64,000 bases of DNA from the human T2T-CHM13v2.0 reference genome, Homo sapiens (GCF_009914755.1 NC_060929.1); one strand, 5' to 3'; counted from the stretch's first letter, positions 32,557 through 49,745 are shown. The notes: generated by a model not told the origin, from the letters alone. Numbers and translations are program-made.

Positions 32557-35417
32557 GTGCTATGCTTACTTCCATCCTTTTCCCTTTGGACTTGCCTCAA
32601 CCTCAGTCGCTAAGGAACTAGTACATACTAGAGATCAGATTTCTTCTTTGTCAGATTTGTATGGCAGGTAAGTCCCAAAAGTCTTTTCTCTTCCATCTTC
32701 TCATCTATTTGGGAGAGGAAAAGCAGCCTATTTTTTGACCACATTCTTTCCCTTTGGGTAATGGTAAGTAATGTAACAAACTCAGGATCCCTTAAAGCAA
32801 AGGGGTTTTCTCCTCCTAATGTTAGCTGTATACATGTATTCCATAAACTGTGGCTGTTCACATTATTTGCAGAGAAAATTATTACGGGTTCTTAAACTAT
32901 TTATTAGATAGATGCAGGGAGGGCGGGAAGGTGAGCTCAACAGACAATACTGTTTGCTAGCTCTTAGATCATTATCACTTCCATGTTATTCTCTGTTCGG
33001 GTCTCATTGTCATGATATACAATAGACACATAAAAAGGTTTTGGGTTTGGCCACAGCCCACTCTGATGATCAGAAGTGCAGTCAGTCCAGAATGCTCTTT
33101 ACTAGCTATAAAATCACAAAGTCTTCTCACGAATGTTGCTCTTCACATCTGGGTCTATTCAGCTCATTCTAACCATAGCTGTGCCGGACGATCCCTCTGC
33201 CCTGGATGAGAATACACACTTGTTAAGTCACATTGTCATCCAGGCAGACGCTGCTTGTCACGGTCACTCGGATGTGCATCCTCAAAAGAAGGTGGTCTTC
33301 CATGTGGACTTTCAGGGCTGGGGGTGTGAACTAGGGTGGTCAGGAGCCTTCCTCTGCACCCTTTCCTGCCTTACATCTCACCTCCCTAGGATGCACCCTC
33401 CAGGTTAAACCTGCTCCTAACCAGCACCGCTTCAGTACTCAAATCACCCTGACCTCGTTCCTTCAGGCAAAATCGCCTCACATAAAAGGTATGTTTTTGC
33501 ACATTTCCTTTCACCACAAAAGGATTTCTCAACAAACCCAAGAATAATTGTCTTTCAAAGTAGCTGGTCTCACTGGCTTGACGAGGAACCCGCATATCAA
33601 GTCCAAGCCAAGGCTAACCCTGCCCCCCACCACTCCCACCGGCTTCCAGATGTGGCCTGAGAGGAGCTGCCCCACTGCCTGGGTGGGGAAGGTGGGCCAA
33701 GGCTGCACATTCACGCATTGTGGTCTTCCCTGCTGCTGGCCCTGAGCTAAATGTGTGTACCAAGGTATTGTGTCTAGGAAGTAATCTAATAAATTCAGCT
33801 TGTTGTCCTTCCATTTAGAGGGAAAAATGCACTCTGGATGATAGAAGATGGGGACATCTGTACTAACCTTAAGCAAACTGCATTTGAAAGCTTATATTTT
33901 CAGGCATTCAGCCGCTGATTTCCTTCAAGCCCTCTGAAGTCCCTACTGTGTGCTGAGTCTGGAAGCCAGAAGCCAGGACAGTAGGCTGGAATCACACCTC
34001 AGCCCCCCTCCGGGGTTCACGGTAAGATGGGGACAGAGTGTGGCAGTGCCAACAGTCCTACTATGGCACCTCCTGGAAAGGCAGGGTGAATGCCGTGATG
34101 CACTCTCTCCCTCTCCTGGAGCTGGCTGCTGTGGAGAGGAAAGGAACCCTTTACAAAGGCAAGCTGAGCAATCTAATCTGAAACTAATGAATGCTTGGAA
34201 GCAGGAAAAATCTTTGAAACAGACCTGATTTGTGAAAAGGTGCTGAAAGGCAGAGAAACTGCGACGTCTGCCAGAAGGCACAAACGATTAAAGCCCAGAG
34301 AGCCCTCATCGAGTTTTTTTTTTTCTCCTGATGATTAGATTAGAAGAAAGTCTTGCTCTGCAGTACAGATAAGGAACTGTGAGGTGCTCCCATTAGTTTA
34401 GGAGAGGGCAGTGGGGGCAGGCAAAGGCGTGGTGATGTTATGAAGGTTTAAGGAGGAAAAGAGCAGTGTATATAAGAAGAGAATTCCAGGAGGACTGCGG
34501 AACCTGCCTATGACATGGAATCCTACTGAGGCTGTGCTACGACCCACACAATGCTGCCAGGAAGCCTCACTCTCTGTTCCAACAGTGCATGATTCTCAAA
34601 GGGGACAAGCAGGAGGTTTAGGACACCAACACCCAGAGAAAAGGAAGGCTGGCTGCAGGCTGGGGCCTTTGATCCCAGGCTATCTGCGGCTCTGCCTCTC
34701 ACTGCCTGTGTGTGCAGTTCTCTGTAACACCAAGACTGGACTCCGCCTTCCTCTGTGCTCCAAGAGAAGCTCTGCACAGAAGTGCCATTCGGGGCTCAGA
34801 AGGAAGATGGGTTCACCTCAGAGGAGGAAAAGAAAAGTGGTCAGTGGGATCTCATATCCCCTGGGGACAGCCCCACTCTTTTTATGGCTGGGGTCATCCC
34901 CAGTGCCTGTGGATTGTGGAACTATTGCATTTAATGAAAATATATTTTACAAACTGTGAAGTGCTCTACAAATGTGAATTGTGCACCAGGCAAGGGAAAG
35001 GCAATGTTCATTTTGTTGCATCCTGAAATAAGATTGTCCATTTCTGCTGAACTAAAAAGAAGAAAAAGTAGATTAAGCACTACTTTCCACTCCCTCAATC
35101 TAAAGCATTTGTCTTACATTGGAGATGACTTGAACAATTCTCAAAAACAAAAACCAAAAAAGGAATGTAAGTAAGCATTGGATGTAACATACAAAATTGA
35201 TATGGTCCAATCATGAAAAGTATTTTCACTTCCCCAAATTCTCATTTAAATGCTGAGCTTCCTAGCAGCTTATGGGTCTCTTAGTAATGTAAATGCAAAC
35301 ATTGCTTTTTACATTATTTTCTAAGATTATTTCAATTGAATGAAGGTACAGGTAGGCCTAAATCAATGGATACAGTTAGGTGTTTTAAAATTTTATCCTC
35401 ACTAGAAAACATAGCTA

Positions 35418-35762
<345 letters not shown>

Positions 35763-35958
35763 TTAAGGAAAAGGAAACATGATATGGAAGCAGCAAGGCC
35801 CCTGGAAATTAGCCTGGTGCATAGCACATGATTAGGTCACAACAAATTACAGGGCAGAGAACAGAAATTTTAAAGTCCAAGCAGCTACTGATAGTGACAA
35901 TCAGAACAAGCCTTTCTCTAACCATACAGAAATGAGTTATTTTTGATGCAAAAACATT

Positions 35959-36078
35959 AATTTTTAAAAATTTAACTTTTAAGTTCAGGGGTACATGTGC
36001 TGGTTTGTTATATAGGTAAGCTTGTGTTGTGGGGGTTTGTGGTACAGATTATTTTGTCACCTGGAGTGTAAATTAGTT
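35959..36078 (-). mobile_element. Tiny old L1PA 3' end with a short inverted segment
   Basis: aagttcaggggtacatgtg...ttttgtcacc is an L1 3' terminus on the minus strand. TSD caaaaacatt at 35949-35958 and 36079-36088. Confidence 0.7.
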
Positions 36079-36736
36079 CAAAAACATTTTAAACTGCCTT
36101 ACGTGTGTCCCTAGCAGCAGACAACTGGCCACTACTATACTTTAAATTATATCAAGTTACAGGCACAACTTTCTATTGCCCGTCCCCCAAAAATGTCTTT
36201 CACGTGCAACTGGAAGAATGCACAGTATCTTCCTTTTACCTTACCATCCCAGCCCACTCAAGCTGTCCTGGGTTCATGATGCCAGCAGAGAATAGGTATC
36301 CTGTGGGATCCTGCAGAAGATCTAGCCTCACCCAGGAGAATTCATTCCCATCACACCCATTAATTCCACCCAAGCAGATCTGTTTCACACCCACCCTCCT
36401 GTCCGCCAAACCGTGTCAAGGTACCCCCGGGAGTGTGCATCACTCATCTCTCATCGGTGAGTTTTCAGATAATCACAATCATGCTGATGAGCCACGTGCA
36501 TCCAGAGGATGTTTTAGTTTAAAACTAAGCCCTTGGCACCAACCTCCCCCCAAACTACCACCACATGCCTTACAATGCAATTAAACCAACAGTTCTTAAG
36601 GTGCAATTAATCAAGACAAATAATAAATTTCAATCATACGCTTTTCCCAATTACTACTATTTTAAGAGTATAGTTGTCTACTCCTCCTTGCATATACAGA
36701 ATATCTAAATAACATTAGGAGTTATATAACTTAGGT

Positions 36737-37229
<493 letters not shown>

Positions 37230-37840
37230 CTAAAAACAAACAAACATGCAAGCAAACATAAACCCATACAAGGAAGCCCTCTAAGGTGAGTCTACTCCCT
37301 ACTGTTTACATGGTAAACATTTACTATACACAAAGATAGAGCAAACCCAGGAGCCTCATCAAATTCAATTCCAGATGGTTCTCTCCACTGTCACCAGGCA
37401 CCTGGTCCCTCTGTAATGTTATCCTTAGCAGAACACAACGATGATGCAGAGAAATTTGCATCCTCCAAAATCCTAATGTATTCCAGTGCCAAATATTCAT
37501 AAATAGTTTTGAATTTTCTATATCACTATTTCATTAAGGCAAATGGCTGAGAACTAACTGTATTATAATAGAACATTTTTATATTTTAAAGGGATAAATG
37601 AATATCATAGCATTTGCAGGTAGGAAAAATGAACTGTAGTACGGCTCCCACTGACAGAGAATGTCCTGAAGAGAGAGATCCAACACTAAGTATTCACTGC
37701 CGTTCCCACTGTTTATTCATAACTTGTATTCTCTCAGGCAAGCAATTTAAAACATTTCACTAAATCTACTAACAAATTAACACGACTGAAACAGAACTCA
37801 TTCTCTTTGCCACAACCTAGCTCTTTTAAAGCTTGGTGGT

Positions 37841-38152
37841 AGCCGGGCATGGTGGCTCACGCCTGTAATCCCAGCACTTTGGGTGGTCGAGGCAGAAGGA
37901 TCTCTTGGGCCTAAGAGTTTGAGACTAGCCTGGACAACATACCAGGACCCAGTCTCTACAAAACAAAAACAAAAACAAACAAACAACTTTAAAAATTAGC
38001 CAGGCATGGTGGCATGCACCTGTGGTCCCAGCTACTCTGGAGGCTGAGGTGGATCACTTGAGCCCAGGAGTGAGCCATGATGGTGCCACTGCACTCCAGC
38101 CTGAGTGACACAGTAAGACCCTGTTTCTAAAATAAATAAACAAAAAATAAAA
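37841..38152 (+). mobile_element. AluJ
   Basis: Dimeric Alu with a small right-arm deletion; TSD cttggtgg. Confidence 0.9.
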
Positions 38153-38279
38153 CTTGGTGGCATCATCACCTGCCCCAGCCTCTCCCACCCCATCTGATCA
38201 GAGCCAGGTCCATTTGACTGTAGGTTATTTTCTCTTCCAGCCCTGCCTTCCCACCCCAACCCTGAACCAGGCCACAGCT

Positions 38280-38875
38280 GTCTCTCTGGTAGTTGCCAGA
38301 ATAGCCTCTTAACTGGTCTCTGTGCCTTTGGTCTCACCTCCCTCTAATTCAGTAGCTATTTTGAAACCAAATTATCTTTCAAATCTGAGCACACCACACC
38401 CTACTAAGAAAGCTCTCCAATGTGAGCAGGACCAAGTCCACGCTCCTTACCCTGAATGACTGGGCCCTTCCCAGTCCGGGTTCACTTACCCAACTATCCT
38501 CTCCTCCTGCCGTTCCCCTGGTCTTATTACCTGCTCCACTCATACTAAGCATCTTTCATTCCTCTACTGGATCCGTCTTGCTTTCCAGAATGGGGACACA
38601 GTATTCTCTTTAGGCCTCAGCTGGCACTAAAACCTTCCCTGATTCTGGGGATGGGCTAAGGATTCCTTCTATAGGATCCCAGAGCAAAGCCCCTGGTCTC
38701 TTCCTCCCAGCCTTGATCCTATTTCTTGCTAAGTGCCTCCTTGTTTATTTGCCCTCCTATTAATAGATAGACTCACCTGAAGGCAAGCACTGCATTCGTC
38801 CTTTTGCTGACTCCATTCAGTGACTAGCACATCATAAATGCCCAAGAAACATTTGTTGAATGAACAAATTCATGA
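38280..38875 (+). mobile_element. L2 3' fragment
   Basis: aatagcctcttaactggtctc motif and terminal atttgttgaatgaa; boundaries approximate. Confidence 0.55.
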
Positions 38876-39476
38876 ATATACTCTTGCCCTCTGTGTTCCA
38901 TACTCCCCATTATTTAATAATGAAAACACTCCAAAACAGTATACTAAGCACTTGGGGAAGTGAGTTACAACTTTTATCTCATTGAGTAACCATCATACAT
39001 TGTGTCAAAACACCATGGTGTGTTATTATCATAACTGTCAACAAAATTGAGAAAGACTTGGTCCCACTTGAATGACCTGATTACAGAAGGGGTCCATGGT
39101 ACATGGTAGTCACCCTCTCCCTAAGCCTGTGTCAAATAGCAGCCTATAATTAAATGAAGATTAAATTTAATCTATTATTTCAAAAAGCATACGTTACTTA
39201 AATATTAGTAACTCAGTTTTAAAAAGGCACACTACTGAGAAAATCCAGCCTTAAAGGCCTTTTCCCTAAGGTGGAAAAAAAAAAGAAAAAGAAAAAAAAA
39301 AAAAGGCGGCATGCTGATACACATGCTGTAAAATCTAAGTGCCCCAATCATCTGTCATTTGCTTGCTTCTGCTTGCCCCTAACCAGCTGGCTCTGGCTTA
39401 AAGATATCCCCTTAATGCAATTCATTGAAAAAATACAAAGCAAGAAAAGTCAGTTAGTCAAGAAAGCATAAAAACA

Positions 39477-39700
39477 GGCAGGGTGTGGTGGCTCAAGCCT
39501 GTAATCCCAGCACTTTCGGAAGCCAAAGTGGGCAGGCGAATCGCTTGAGCCCAGGAGTTTGAGACCAGCCTGGGTAACATGGCAGAGCCCGATCTCTACA
39601 AAAAATAGAGGAGGCGGAGGCTGCAGTGAGCCGTGATCATGTCACTGCACTCCAGCCTGGGAGACAGAGTCTGACCCTGTCTCAAAAACAACAAAAAAGA
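39477..39700 (+). mobile_element. AluJ with internal deletion
   Basis: Left arm joined to the distal right arm. Confidence 0.85.
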
Positions 39701-40476
39701 GAGAAAACATAAAAATAAAACACGTATAGCAGCTACACACCATGCTCAAAGTCTTTGCAATACTATCATACATACATGCACCATTTCATACTTTTCAAAG
39801 CACGTTTGCATCCAGTCTGTTTGGTCCAGATCTCCAAAAGAAGGCATATCAATCTTTATCCCTATTTACAGTTGAAAAAGTTGAAGCCTACAGAGGTCAA
39901 GTTCTCTGCTCAAGGTCACAGAGCCAGTGGGTGCAGAGATCCTGACCATCAGATGCCCATGATTTTTCGATCCACCATGCCGTGATCAGCTTGCCCCATT
40001 GATACTGGGAGAGCAGAGGACAGGCCCCAGAGACTCAGTTCACTTCTGGATGAAGATGAACCATTTCCCCTCTCCTTTTCTCCGATACAGACTCGAAATA
40101 ACAAAACCAGGTGAAATGGATAAAATCATGGTCAGCCTGGTAGAAAAGGAAAAAGAACGTTTTCTCTTTGATTTTCCCTAAATATCACCAGCTCTGCTTT
40201 TCTCTCGCAGGCTGTCAATACCAAAATTCACCTATGAGACTCTAAGCATGAGCCACGAGTCAGACAAGCCTGGCTCCACATGCCAGAAGCTATTCACCTA
40301 TTCATCTTCGAAGTGGGGAAGGTGACTCTCCACAGTGCATGCCCCATACCTAGGGTCTGGCATGTAGGAAGGTGTGGATGTTTTTTTCTCCTTTCCCACC
40401 CATATGTTCACAGGGAAGCAAAACTTCCTGAGCACCAGTGAACTCATTGAAAGAAAGCGCTTTTCTCTGTCTGGAA

Positions 40477-40764
40477 CCCTGCAGGAACTGAGATCTTCCC
40501 AAATATACGGGGGAGTAAAACCAATACAGTCCCTGCCCACCCTACGCCTATGTCTAAACACATGTGCAGTACATATCGGGTCCAAAAGGTACCAGGCATT
40601 TTGCCTGGTACCTCCAAACATCCTCCCACTAACTAGAGACAAAGCAGTTCCCTGCAGGAGGTGAGATCTTCCCAGATATACAGGGAAGTAAAACCAATAC
40701 AGCCCCTGCCCTCCCCACAAGTATGCCTAGCCACACATGCAGTATATATTTGGTCCAAAAGGTA
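40477..40764. repeat. Two diverged 115-bp direct repeats (40477-40591, 40650-40764)
   Basis: Both read ccctgcagga..tgagatcttccca.atatac.ggg.agtaaaaccaatacag.ccctgccc...tccaaaaggta; period 173 bp. Confidence 0.9.
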
Positions 40765-40808
40765 TTTATTTTAAAAAATGAAAGTCCAGAGGCAGTTTAA
40801 AAGTATTA

Positions 40809-41339
<531 letters not shown>

Positions 41340-41574
41340 CTATACAGGGGTGTGGGGCCGCTCTGCAGAAGCCTGGAAAAGGGGCACATTGTGACCGGTA
41401 ATATTAATCCAAAGAAATAATCAGATGTGTACAAAGATTTCTGTACAATATGTTGCATAGCATTATTTACAATAGGAATAAAATAGTTTGAACATTAACT
41501 ACAGATAATTGGTTAAATAAATGATGGAATAGCCATGTGATGGAAGCTAGGAGCATTAATCATCACATTTTATT

Positions 41575-41788
41575 TCACTTTTTTCTAATTTTAATTTTTA
41601 TTTCAATAATTTTTGGAGTACAGGTGGTTTTTGCTTACATGGTTTGGTGCACCTGTCACCTAAGCAGTGTACACTGTACCCAATGTGTAGTCTTTTATCC
41701 CTCACCCGCCTCCCACCCTTCCCCCAGAGCCCCCAAAGTCCTTTGTATCATTCTTATGTCTTTATATCCTTACAGCGTAGCTCCCAAT
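41575..41788 (-). mobile_element. L1PB-like 3' end fragment
   Basis: tttggagtacaggtggtttttgcttacatgg..ccccaaagtcc..tcattcttatg motifs. Confidence 0.65.
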
Positions 41789-41819
41789 TCATCAAATTTT
41801 AGATGAATATTTAAAATCA

Positions 41820-42352
<533 letters not shown>

Positions 42353-42449
42353 CTACAATACAATTAATAAATTTAGTCTTTTTTTTTTAAAAGGGAGATC
42401 CTCTTCAAATACCACAGGCTTTTCCAGTGGCTTATGGTGTTAATTGAAA

Positions 42450-42850
42450 GTTTTTCATTTTGATAAAATATACATAAAAATGTATCATTTTAATAATTTT
42501 TAAGTGTACAATTCAGTGGCATTAAGTATCTGCACATCATTGCCATCCATCTCTAGAGCTTTTTCATCACCCCAAATTGAAACTATGCCCATCAAACAAC
42601 AGCTCCCTATTCTCCTCTCCCCTGGCCTCTGGTAACTACTATTCTACCTTCTATCTCTACAAACTTGACTGTTCTGCATACCTTATATAAATGCAATCAA
42701 CCATAAGACAGTTGTCTTTTTGTGTCTGTCTTATTTTACTTAGCATAATGTCTTCAAGGTTTGCCTATATTGTAGCATACATCGTAATTCCTTTTTAAGG
42801 CTGTATAATAGTCCATTGCCTGTATATGCCCCATTTTGCTGTAGGACATT
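42450..42850 (-). mobile_element. L1MB/ME-like 3' end fragment
   Basis: ttaagtgtacaattcagtggcattaagta..cttattttacttagcataatgtcttcaaggtt motifs. Confidence 0.7.
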
Positions 42851-44192
42851 AGTTTTTTAATGCAGGCTTTTAAAACCATGTCTGAACATCAAAATGATCA
42901 ACAGTACACATAATTTAAGATGTGTACCATTGGAAACAATTATTTTACAAACTCTCCACCTGCTGAAAAGCCACTAAAATACTCAATATTAGGCTATATT
43001 TTGCAATAAGAAAGAATAAGGTGCTAGACACTGTAATAACAATGCACATGTGTCATTTTCATGAGCAGTTACAAAGGCTGGCTCAGGAATCAGAACAGTG
43101 GTTGACTAGGAAGACTGCAAAGGGGCACTGTGGATATATCTGGGCTGATGGAAATGTCCCATATCCTCATGGTGTGGATTACACACAGGTACGCATCCGT
43201 CATTTGACAAAACTCACAGACCTATACAGTTAAGATCTGTACACTTCACTTAGAGCCTAAAGGAAATCAGAGTAAAATATGAATTTTACAAAAACAAAGG
43301 AGATTCTACAGTTCAGCTAGTGAGACTTACTGCCATCCACCACTTTAGGGCCCTTTGGCAGGTCTCTACTATACCTGGAATTAAGCCCAAGCTCCTTGCT
43401 ATTTGGTGCTGAAACACTGGTTTGTCTAGGAGAGGCTGGGAAACATGTGGTGGACTAACTACCTACAATGCCAGGAAATCTGCCCACGTTTAGGAGACAG
43501 CCCAATAGGCATGAGCCGCAGGTGGTGGAATGCCTCTGCGTGGGGGTACAAATGAGGTACAACCAGCTGCACGCCAGGCTCCAGGCCAGGTGTCTTCTCA
43601 GGTGATGCAAGGCTGCATCCAAAACCATCCCAAAGAAACAAGGTCTCTCTCCAGAAGGCGGTGAGGGAGGGACATTCGAACACAGAAACCTGCAGAGGAG
43701 GAGGGTGTTGTCTTGACTCCCTTGTCAGGCTGGCTGCAAGCTGTCTTTCCAGTCACTGTGGCCTTGGACTTGGCTAGAATCACGAAGAGCTGAAAGTTAC
43801 TGCCTCCTTATTAAGTGTGGTTATTTGTTACTCTCCTCTGTGCAGTTTGCCTTTATAAAATGTCAAGTTTAGGCCACACATGGTGGGAGGCCTCAGCGTC
43901 CCAGCCACAGTGAATTTCCTCTAAACCATTTAAAGCACTAAGAAGTCAGAGAATTTTGTGTTGTTGTTATTTACTATTTTATATTCTCCACACTACTATT
44001 CCCCTCTATTAAAATGCAAGACCCAGTGGCCAGTCGATCTCCAGGTGGTTCACAGATAAAAAAGCATACAAACTTCTTATCACCTTAAAAACAGTTTTGG
44101 AAACACAAAGCAGCCCCAGCTAAGTCAAACGGCAAATTAGAAAACGGCAGGCAGAAACTCAAATACTCTCCTCCACTTAAACGTTATATATA

Positions 44193-44517
<325 letters not shown>

Positions 44518-45393
44518 TACATATATTTTTTAAGTGAAGCAAGGGTTCTGAAAAGCTTACTAATGTGGACTCACTATAATTTGAATGAAAGGCAGTAACC
44601 TGAAGTAACTAGTTCTCACAACATAAATGCTCGCACAGGATGACTGAACCTCCAAGACTCCAAGCACATAATATTCCTCTTTGGGACATGCACAGAATAA
44701 GCCACCTTTCCTTCTCACGTCCTCAGAAGCTGATAACCACAAAGCTGACCTCTGCCCCTCCTGGTTCCTGGTTCATCTGGCTCACTAGGAAAATCCTCAT
44801 TAACCTGTCAGCAGACATTCTGCTTTCCAGCCATTTAATCAGGATGACAAAATGTCCTAAGAAGCCTCAACCTCACTTTTGAAGCCATCTTTGAAACTCC
44901 CTATCTGAGGACTCTGCTCTGTTTTTGGATTTCTCCCCAGCCTGGAGCCAGAGGTCCTCACTGGCATATTTCTGCCTGGGTGAGATAGCCTAGTGGGTGT
45001 GGTGTGTGGCAGTGCCTGTCACCTCCTCATGCTCCAGAGTACACAGCCACACACGTACAGCCCCTCCTCTGTCCCCCAGGCTGGGGACAGTGATGTCAGC
45101 CCATCTTATTGAGGAGACTGTAGATTCTTATCGACAGCCCACCTTTCAGTGCCTCTGAAAAATGTCATTACTGATCTAAAAACCAGCTAGGACCTGCAAA
45201 CTAACTTAAACCAAAACATCCTCCCCCGAACTAGGGACAAAGCTGGTCAGTCTGTCCCTAGGGACCCTGAACCAGATGTAGACTGTCTTTTGATAACATT
45301 TTATCTAGAGGAATAAATATTGTCCCCAACCTTTGCCCTGACAAATAACCAAGTTACTTTCCTTCCCTGGATGGACTTTAAGAGTACTTTTGG

Positions 45394-45704
<311 letters not shown>

Positions 45705-47372
45705 CTATGAAGAAGCAACTACATAGGAGAAACAGTAAATTCTGATGAATAAACCTTCTAGTTGACTGAAATCCCTCCTAAATGTTTTCATTGTAATTTT
45801 AAGCTCATTTGTTCTCATAGCATCATGACTGGTATTTGGTTGTTGGAACAGGAACTGAATGATACCAAAGCCAGGGAAAACTAATTAACCAACAAAGAAA
45901 AACAACACCTGGGCTGATACGGCTTGATATGAATGACCTATCTTGCAATTCCATCTTCATCTTCTGCAGACCAGAGCTCTCCACGTTCCCCAGCAGAGCA
46001 TTTAGAGAGGTAAGGCAGGAGGTGAGAACATCCAGATGAGAACTATGTCCAAACATCTTGCTGTTTCATGTCCACAGACTTACTGCTCTGCTGCAATTAG
46101 TGAGCACCTCGTTGTGTGTCATAATAAACTCTGCTGTATAATTAGACATTTTGCTCTGTGCTGCTCTGTTTGCAAAGGTGTTTCACGTATGTTTTCTTAA
46201 CCAGGATCTAAACAATTTGAGGGCAGGGGCTGGCTCGAATACAGCCATGCTTCCTTGACTTTTCAAAAATCACTTCACTGCCATTGGCCCTAGAATCTCT
46301 CTAGAACAGACACAAAATGACAGCAGGAAAACGAGTGTCATGAAGTACAAATGCTTTTCCCAAAGGAAGCCACCAAAGTTACTCCTTCATTTTTCCTGGC
46401 ATTCTAGTGAATTTTAGTTGCCTGGGCCCAGAGCAAGTCCACAGCAGAACATCAAAAAGCAAGAACTCAATAAATATTAGCTATGTTTATGGTGTTTGTG
46501 TTATCATTAAGTGGTTACACGGGCATACTGCACAGCAAGAAGAGGAAACTGAGTCCTTAGTAACCAGTTACTGAAACCAGTAGCAACTGATTACCACTAA
46601 CCAGTTGACTGGCAACTGGTTAGTATTAAAATGATAAAAGCAGGCACATAGCCTATAAAAAAATTTTTTTTAAACCCTACCACACACCTAAGAGTCTCAA
46701 GAAGGCCACAACACTACTGGTCATGCAGGGCTCAGGACTGGGCCAAGGTCAGCTCCCACTGGTTGGTGCCAATCCCTCGGTTAAGTACTTTGAATCTCAC
46801 GTGACTGCCTGGCACAATGGACATTCACAGCCTCCAAAGATGCTATGTTATGATTTGCCATATGATACTCATTTAATAAGGTAGATAAATGTGCAGTATA
46901 GGCTAGACTTCCAACAACCCTAGTTCTCATACTAAAAAAAGGAAAAACCCAGTGACTTCCACTTTGAAGTATTAGCTTCAGTTATGAAGCAAATTCACTC
47001 ATGTGGATTGCTCAGACCCAGGTAAGGCTGTAGAAAACTAGATTTTTCTCTATTGCATCTCTGCAGAAACTAATAGAGTCACAGGTGTTCAAAAAATACC
47101 TGATTTTTTCTTTTTTTAATGTAGACACCACCCAAGTCACTCTGGTATGCTATATCAGGAGCTTAAAGAGGTTTATTTACTCACACAAGACAGTAAAGGA
47201 ATGGTTCTCCACCCATGCTCTCTCCTCCTCCCACCCAACATAACCTGCTCCATTGTCCCAAACCAAATATGAAAACCAAATTATTCACCATTAATTTACA
47301 ACTGGGCTTGTCTCATCTAAAAAGTGGTTCCCATAAACGGTATCACACTGTACCCTTTAAAAACTGTTTTTA

Positions 47373-47671
47373 GGCTGGATGTGGTGGCTCGTGCCTGTAA
47401 TCCCAACAGTTTGGGAGGCTGAGATGGGAGGATTGCTTAAGCCCAGGAGTTCGAGACCAGCTTGGGCAACATCACAAGACCCAATCTCTACAAAAATAAA
47501 AAAATTAGGCAGGCATGGTTCCATATGCCTGGAATCCCAGCTACTCAGAGGCTGAGGCTGGAGGATGGCTTTAGCCCCGGAATTTGAGGCTGCAGTAAGC
47601 TGTGTTTGCACCATTGTTCTCCAGCCTGGGCCACACAGTGAGACTTGTCTCAAAACAAAACAAAATAAAAA
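47373..47671 (+). mobile_element. AluJ
   Basis: Dimeric Alu, TSD approx. taaaaactg(t/c)tttta. Confidence 0.9.
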
Positions 47672-48418
47672 CTGCTTTTAAAGAATTTGATCTATTACTA
47701 GGAAGAGATTTAAATATTGTTTCTGTATGATGGATATGCTTGGAAGTATGTAGATAGATTAGTATCTAGGCTGGTCATCAAACCACCTCAATAAATAAAT
47801 GAATGAGTAAACGAGTAAACAAACCAACCTCAGGATTATACCTCTGTGGCTCTAGAAACAACCCGCTTACCTAAGTCATCCTAAGAGAGGTATTTTAAAT
47901 GCAGATGGACATCTAAAGAAAACTGGGAAACACAGCAGGGAAGTAAGTACCAAGTGGACTAAGGAGGTCACAGTGTCCTTGACTAAATATGGACTGTAAG
48001 AAAGGCATGACCTCATTTTCTATGTATGAATTGGACACTGAAATAGGCACCAAATTATGCCAGGCATAAAGCCCAAGGCAGTCAGAGAAAACACATTACC
48101 TACTTAATACACAAAGATGTTCATTGAAACTTTATATTGCAAAAACAAACAAACCTGTGTTTAACAATAAGGTAATACATGCAAAAGGAATTACAGCATG
48201 CTCTCATAACCACATATTATGCTGCACTTTAAAATCATACTTAAATACTTTTAAATAGTTTAGGGAAAATGCTTCTGTGTTTTGTGAAACATACACACAT
48301 ACACACCATTTTTTATATGTGTGTATATATAATGTATACACACACACACTTACCCCACACACACACATACCCCACATACACATATATTTCCTCAATTATG
48401 TTATAAAAATAAATCGGC

Positions 48419-48742
<324 letters not shown>

Positions 48743-49450
48743 TTGGCAGGAGATACCCAAATTGTTAAAGGAGTTTTAGGAGTGAAATTAGAGGAATTTT
48801 TTCACATTTAAAAAATATTTACCAAACTTTAAACAATTAGCTGATATTACTTCTATTTATAATTAGGAAAAATAATTATTTTGAAATTTATTCTGTTACT
48901 ACAGAATAGACTGGAGGGGGAAAGTCTCCCTCACAGTGACTCGGAGCCTTAGCTTGAGATTTCCATTTCTTTCTTTAAGCACTTTAGGAAGTGGATCTTA
49001 CAACAGATCCTTGTCATGTTCCTTAAGGCAAGCTCTTAAGCACTGTCAAAGGAGGTCCTCTCCATTGCTCAGTGACTTTTGATGAAGAGTCTCTTCCCTG
49101 TTGAAGCCAGTGCCATATACTGCATCTGTCCTTTTTATTCCTATTCCTCCTAATCGAATGAAATACTTTTGTTATACTTTGGGAGGAGGTGTGGAGAGGG
49201 TGCACTTCTCCAAGCTATTTTTCCTGGGCTTCTCTTTTTGTCCATCTTGTGATATTAATAATTTGGAACCCTCTTATACTGTGGAAGCCTAACTCTAGGT
49301 TTCCTAAATAGAAAGGGCTGAAGATATATGAACACTCCTATTACACATCTTATTCCAGGAATTGTCACAATTCATGTGCAAAACTCTCCATTCACAGATA
49401 AACAGCTCTGGTCTTTGAATTATCATATTAGACCCAACCAAATTCAGTGA

Positions 49451-49745
<295 letters not shown>

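Noticed and set aside
40477-40764. Repeat-spacer-repeat pattern as CRISPR-like
   Set aside because: Only two long, diverged copies in human intronic DNA; no array and no cas genes.
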